A stretch of 63,202 nt of DNA, the filler included. It is 7 parts of 7 records of this genome, joined end to end, with 100 filler letters (N's around TTAATTAATTAA, not from the genome) between each part and the next. Parts side by side here need not be neighbours in the genome. Positions count along the whole stretch, not along the records: positions 58,147 to 63,202 come from SRR31147125_13854; 6 more parts are not named here. One strand, written 5' to 3'. Both the position numbers and the translations under genes were made by a program. Every line of letters starts with the position of its first letter. Positions within the stretch are counted from its first letter, which is position 1. The notes beneath the pieces are model-generated. The model did no database searches. It saw only the letters and a program-made list of their open reading frames with translations, and had not been told where the DNA came from. Positions 58,784 through 63,202 of this stretch are shown here, piece by piece.

Positions 58784-61192
58784 ATGAAGAAAGAGATAGT
58801 ATTTTCAAATTCGAAGTTACCAATAGAATTGAATGCAATAACTACATCTGACATTTATGCTCAGTGGCATAGCGAACTTAAGATTATCTATGTTGCAAAA
58901 GGCAGTATATATGTAGATACAGGTGACTCAAATATTAAACTAAACAAAAATGAGTTTATTATCGTAAATAGCTTTGAGCTAGTTAGTATACAACCTAACT
59001 CAGCTGACAATGCTGTGTTTCTTGAATATCTAATTAAAGGAACTTTTTTAGATCGTTTATACGAAGGTTTTTCGAGCATTAAATTTAAATGCTGTTCTAC
59101 CGACAAAAATATCTCTGCAGAAAAATACGATTATATAAAAACTACGCTTTTCCAAATGATTGATGAAATCTATAATAATAAAAAAGAGAAAGATTTCCTT
59201 TTAACAAAGACAATTATAGAACTCTCTCTTTTCCTAATAAACAATTTTAAATTTGAAAATATATTCCCTAAAAAGAAAATATCAAATAAAGAGAGGTTAA
59301 TAAAAATCCTTGGCTTTTTAGAGAATAACTATGAAAACGAAGTTTTAACTGTTGATGATGTAGCAAGTCATCTCAACCTTAGTTCTCACTATGTGCTAAA
59401 GCTTTTTAAAGAGAATTTCGATTTGGGATTAATGAATTATTTGAACTCTTTAAGAGTTAAAAAATCGATAAATGATTTATTATATACAGATAAAAACATT
59501 CTCGAAATAGCTATTGATAATGGATTTACTAATACTAAAAGTTATCACAGGATATTTAAAAAGGTCTTCAACACATCTCCCGGAGTATATAGAAAAGAGC
59601 ATTTACTAGAGTCTCAGAGCGTTTCTGAAGAAGAAAATGAATCGATACAAAAATTACTTCAAGGATTATTAGCTAATAATTTAGCTTATGAATCAAACCT
59701 AGAAATAGATACCAGCACAGAAACTAAGATTATTGATCTCGAATTCGATAATTTAACTAAAGTTAAAGTTGCTCCATACTGGAAAAAGTTTATCTCTCTT
59801 GGAAAAGCTGCCGAAGGCTTAAAAGCTGATATCCAATATCAAATCAAAGAATTAAAAAGAGATATAAAACCCGAATATGTAAAATTCAACGGTATCTTTA
59901 ATGATGAACTCTATGTCTATAATGAAGACTCTAGAGGAAAACCAGTATATAATTTCTCCCATATCGACAAACTCTTGGATTTTCTAATTCAAAATGACCT
60001 AAAACCATTTTTCAACATTGGTTTTATGCCAAAACAATTAGGAAAAGAAGATAAATATATCCCTATGTCTTCTACAAACACCAGCTATCCAAAGGATCTA
60101 AAGATTTGGCTTGACATGGTTCGAAATTTCACTATTCATCTACTAAAAAGATATGGTCATGACGAAGTTAGTACGTGGTATTTTGAAATTTGGAATAATC
60201 CAAACTTACAAAACGTCTACTGGCACGAATCATTTGATAAATTCCTGCTTTTTTTCAAAGAAACGTTTTATTCTATAAAAAATGTAGCGGAAACTTTGAA
60301 GGTTGGAGGCCCGTCTGCTGTAATTGGTGAAAACAATAAATGGTATTTTGATTTTTTTGAATTCTTACTAGATAACAATCTAAAGCTTGATTTTTTCTCT
60401 TTTCATAGCTATTATATCAAAGATACAAACTCTAGCGGCAGTGTCAACTTTGACCCCACTGTTGTTCAGATTGATTTAAGTGATAAGGAAGCAAAAGTAA
60501 AAAAAATATATTCAAAATTAAAGCAGGATTTTGGACATAAACCTGAAGTTATACTAAGTGAATGGAATCTCTCTCCATTTGCACACACTACTTTTGATAC
60601 ATGTTTTATGAGTAGTTTTATCGTAGAAAACTCATTAAAAAACCATGCTACTTTTGACGGTATCATATATTGGACATGTACAGAAAACAAAATAGGTACT
60701 AGAGCTTTTTATGGAGGTTTAGGTTTATTTACTACAAACAACCTAAAAAAAGCATCATATAACGCCTTTGTTTTACTTGATAAATTAGGGAATGAGTGTA
60801 TCTCAAAAGGGTCAAATCACTATATTACGCAAACAAATGATGCCATACAGATTATGCTTCACAACAATCAAAAGAATATTGACCCAGAACATCAAACTAC
60901 AAATTTTGAAACTCCAAAAGAAATTCAGGTCAATCTCAAAAAATTAGAACCAGGTGAATATTTCATCACAAAGTATTACTTAAACAAAAATAGCGGTTCA
61001 ACTTACGATGCATGGCTAAACATGGGGGCTCCAAAAAAGATAAGCCCTGAGATTTTTGAATATCTCAAATCAAAAGAAAAAATGGCTATTAAAACAGAAA
61101 ATATAAAAATTGATGATACTTTAATAATTAGCGAACATATTGATTTAAACGGAGTAGTTTTTATAGAAATAAATAAAATTAATATTTTTTAG
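58784..61192 (+). CDS. AraC-family regulator fused to a GH39-like domain
   Basis: Cupin (QWHSELKIIYV), AraC HTH (EIAIDNGF...FKKVFNTSPGVYRK), GH39 (YNFSHIDKLLD, GFMP, WYFEIWNNP, KVGGP, DFFSFHSY, SEWN, FYGGLGL). Confidence 0.88.
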   Translation: MKKEIVFSNSKLPIELNAITTSDIYAQWHSELKIIYVAKGSIYVDTGDSNIKLNKNEFIIVNSFELVSIQPNSADNAVFLEYLIKGTFLDRLYEGFSSIKFKCCSTDKNISAEKYDYIKTTLFQMIDEIYNNKKEKDFLLTKTIIELSLFLINNFKFENIFPKKKISNKERLIKILGFLENNYENEVLTVDDVASHLNLSSHYVLKLFKENFDLGLMNYLNSLRVKKSINDLLYTDKNILEIAIDNGFTNTKSYHRIFKKVFNTSPGVYRKEHLLESQSVSEEENESIQKLLQGLLANNLAYESNLEIDTSTETKIIDLEFDNLTKVKVAPYWKKFISLGKAAEGLKADIQYQIKELKRDIKPEYVKFNGIFNDELYVYNEDSRGKPVYNFSHIDKLLDFLIQNDLKPFFNIGFMPKQLGKEDKYIPMSSTNTSYPKDLKIWLDMVRNFTIHLLKRYGHDEVSTWYFEIWNNPNLQNVYWHESFDKFLLFFKETFYSIKNVAETLKVGGPSAVIGENNKWYFDFFEFLLDNNLKLDFFSFHSYYIKDTNSSGSVNFDPTVVQIDLSDKEAKVKKIYSKLKQDFGHKPEVILSEWNLSPFAHTTFDTCFMSSFIVENSLKNHATFDGIIYWTCTENKIGTRAFYGGLGLFTTNNLKKASYNAFVLLDKLGNECISKGSNHYITQTNDAIQIMLHNNQKNIDPEHQTTNFETPKEIQVNLKKLEPGEYFITKYYLNKNSGSTYDAWLNMGAPKKISPEIFEYLKSKEKMAIKTENIKIDDTLIISEHIDLNGVVFIEINKINIF

Positions 61193-61208
61193 TTATAATT
61201 ATACACAA

Positions 61209-61242
61209 ATAAAAATACGATGCCTTGGCATCGTATTTTTAT
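61209..61242. terminator. Bidirectional terminator
   Basis: ATAAAAATACGATGCC-TT-GGCATCGTATTTTTAT between convergent genes. Confidence 0.85.
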
Positions 61243-61246
61243 ATAT

Positions 61247-62071
61247 TTAATATGATTTTAAGTATTGTTTTGGTGTAAGACCGTATTCTGCTTTAAAAAG
61301 TCTAATAAAATGAGAAATATTATCAAAACCAAGACGCATTGCAACCTGAGTTACACTACCTTCATAGAGCATATCTTTTGCACGCTCTATCTTAACATGA
61401 TTTTGATATTTTTTTGGTGAAATTCCAAACTCTTTTTTGAAGTAATAGTTAAGATTCGCCTGACTCATTCTAAGCATTTCGGCAACTTCCCCTATTGATA
61501 GATACTCATTACCAGGTTTTGATATTAGCTCTCTCGCAACCTCCGCTGGATTATAAGAGGAACAATTAACATCAATCAGCTTTCCGTTGTTATTATCTTC
61601 TATTAATCTATAAACAAGCTCTTGTGCATGCAAATCCATAAAAAATCTTGATTCTTTATCTAACTGATACATATTCATATTCAAACTTTTAATTGATGTA
61701 GAGAGTTCATTTGAGTAGTTATGTTTCTTAATATCTGCTTCTTCATTGAACTCTTTTTCCATTCTATCAGATATCTTATCAATAATATGATTATCAATCT
61801 CATAAACTACCGCTTTCGTGTGAGACGATATTGACATTTCTACACTTGAATTTGGTGGCAATAATATATATTCTGAATTAGAGTATGTAAATGCCTTGTC
61901 GCCATTTATTGACACTTTTTTCTTTCCTGTTAACATCGTACATAATCGATAATCTCCGTATGACTTGTAGATACCTTCATATCCCTTTTCCAAATCATAG
62001 TATAAAATTTTCAGGTGTTCAGACTCTATGTTATCATAACTCTCGGCAATCTTGTCAAAATTCTGTAACAT
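61247..62071 (-). CDS. AraC-family transcriptional regulator
   Basis: SVTQVAMRLGFDNISHFIRLFKAEYGLTPKQY; GGAGG RBS. Confidence 0.9.
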   Translation of the reverse strand: MLQNFDKIAESYDNIESEHLKILYYDLEKGYEGIYKSYGDYRLCTMLTGKKKVSINGDKAFTYSNSEYILLPPNSSVEMSISSHTKAVVYEIDNHIIDKISDRMEKEFNEEADIKKHNYSNELSTSIKSLNMNMYQLDKESRFFMDLHAQELVYRLIEDNNNGKLIDVNCSSYNPAEVARELISKPGNEYLSIGEVAEMLRMSQANLNYYFKKEFGISPKKYQNHVKIERAKDMLYEGSVTQVAMRLGFDNISHFIRLFKAEYGLTPKQYLKSY

Positions 62072-62524
62072 CTATTGACACCTCCATAAATTAAAACATT
62101 TGAGAAGCTCATATATAGTAGAATTATGTTACAATATTAGCACATTTATCGTTTTTTTTCAATGTTTTCTTTATAGTTTTAGTATACTTTTTCTTTTATC
62201 GTATATTTAGTTTTATTTATTGACACATTTCATATGGCTATATAAATTTTTTAATTTATATAATATCTAAATAAAAAAAGGAATTTTAAATAAAATTTAA
62301 ATATTATAAATAAGAACGAATCCTCTATTTTTATACCTTAATAGAGAGAAAGCTTTTTTTCTAAAAATTAATTCAATTTTTACAAAAAAACACTTAAATA
62401 ATTTTAAAATTTATTTATTTTTGTTCTTTATTTGAATTTTTCAAAAGAGTATACAGTATTAGATTGAATAGCTTTTTTATTATTTACAGTTTAATCTCAA
62501 TTACAATCAACTAAAAGGAGTAAG

Positions 62525-63202
62525 ATGATGAGCGAAAATATAATAACTTCTCAACCCTCTATTCTAATTGTAGATGACATCAAAGAAAATTTAAAGTTAT
62601 TATCAGAGATACTAAAGAAAAGCAACTATAAGGTGCATCCAGCTATCAATGCTTCTCTTGCTTTAAATTTTTTGGATATAAAAATACCAGATCTTATCAT
62701 TTTGGATATAAAAATGCCAGAAATAAGTGGAATAGAGCTATGTCAGACGATTAAAAAAAATCCAAAATTAAGAGATGTTCCAATAATTTTTTTAAGCGCA
62801 TTGAATAATATCGAAGATAAAATAAAAGGTTTTGATGTAGGTGGAGTTGATTACATAACAAAACCATTCCATGAAAAAGAAGTATTAAAACGTGTTGAGA
62901 TTCACCTTAAGTTATGGCAGCTACAAAAAGAGCTAAAAAGTAAAAACGAAGAGTTAGAAAAGGAAGTCAAAGATCGAATAAAAGCTGAGAAAACCTTAAG
63001 TGAAACTAATAGTAAACTAGAAAATCTAGTAGATAGCCGAACTGAAAAGCTAAAAAGATCAAATCTTAATCTTGAGAGAGAAATATTCGAAAGAAAAAAA
63101 TACCAAGAGGAATTAATAGAGTCCAAAGTTGTTGCTGAGGAAGCTAATAGAGCTAAATCTCACTTTTTAGCTAATATGAGCCATGAGATAAGAACGCCAA
63201 TG
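62525..63202 (+). CDS. Hybrid response regulator/histidine kinase (3' truncated; absent from the ORF track)
   Basis: [38 protein letters not shown] receiver; coiled coil; [21 protein letters not shown]-box at the window edge. Confidence 0.93.
   Translation, partial: MMSENIITSQPSILIVDDIKENLKLLSEILKKSNYKVHPAINASLALNFLDIKIPDLIILDIKMPEISGIELCQTIKKNPKLRDVPIIFLSALNNIEDKIKGFDVGGVDYITKPFHEKEVLKRVEIHLKLWQLQKELKSKNEELEKEVKDRIKAEKTLSETNSKLENLVDSRTEKLKRSNLNLEREIFERKKYQEELIESKVVAEEANRAKSHFLANMSHEIRTPM

Overview
This window is not one chromosomal locus. It contains seven unrelated contig fragments joined by six artificial 100-nt spacers (44 N + TTAATTAATTAA + 44 N); the taxonomic labels below are inferred from gene content and composition only. 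(1) 1-13569, FCB-group-like: the 3' end of der, a secreted HExxH peptidase, an OmpA-barrel/coiled-coil/CpoB-type TPR fusion, a convergent four-gene operon behind a sigma54-type promoter (secreted beta-rich protein, FecR-domain protein, 832-aa putative outer-membrane protein, CHASE2 adenylate cyclase), and a KamA-like radical SAM enzyme. (2) 13670-25847, Bacteroidota: a glycan-utilisation cluster (beta-helix protein, GtaA-family protein, GH43s, DJ-1/PfpI, sulfatase, hybrid two-component sensor) with a different REP-like palindrome in nearly every intergenic gap. (3) 25948-35531, Clostridia-like: housekeeping and envelope genes, plus a rubredoxin and two small ORFs missing from the ORF track. 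(4) 35632-40695: phnW, an MmsA/IolA-type dehydrogenase, an AraR-type regulator and HAD phosphatases. (5) 40796-51958, Desulfobacterota-like: an exopolysaccharide locus whose BY-kinase carries an internal DUF4388/MshEN-like insertion. (6) 52059-58046, Bacteroidota: a TonB-receptor/DUF4249 cluster. (7) 58147-63202, AT-rich diderm: a LamB-like porin, an AraC-GH39 fusion lacking the acid/base Glu, an AraC regulator and a hybrid kinase. Six genes carry frameshifts, mostly in homopolymer runs and most likely sequencing errors. The best candidate for an undescribed system is the sigma54-driven, envelope-spanning FecR/barrel/CHASE2-cyclase operon (5225-12028). I recognised no rRNA, tRNA, CRISPR array or intact transposase. 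All family assignments come from motif recognition by eye; no database search was run.
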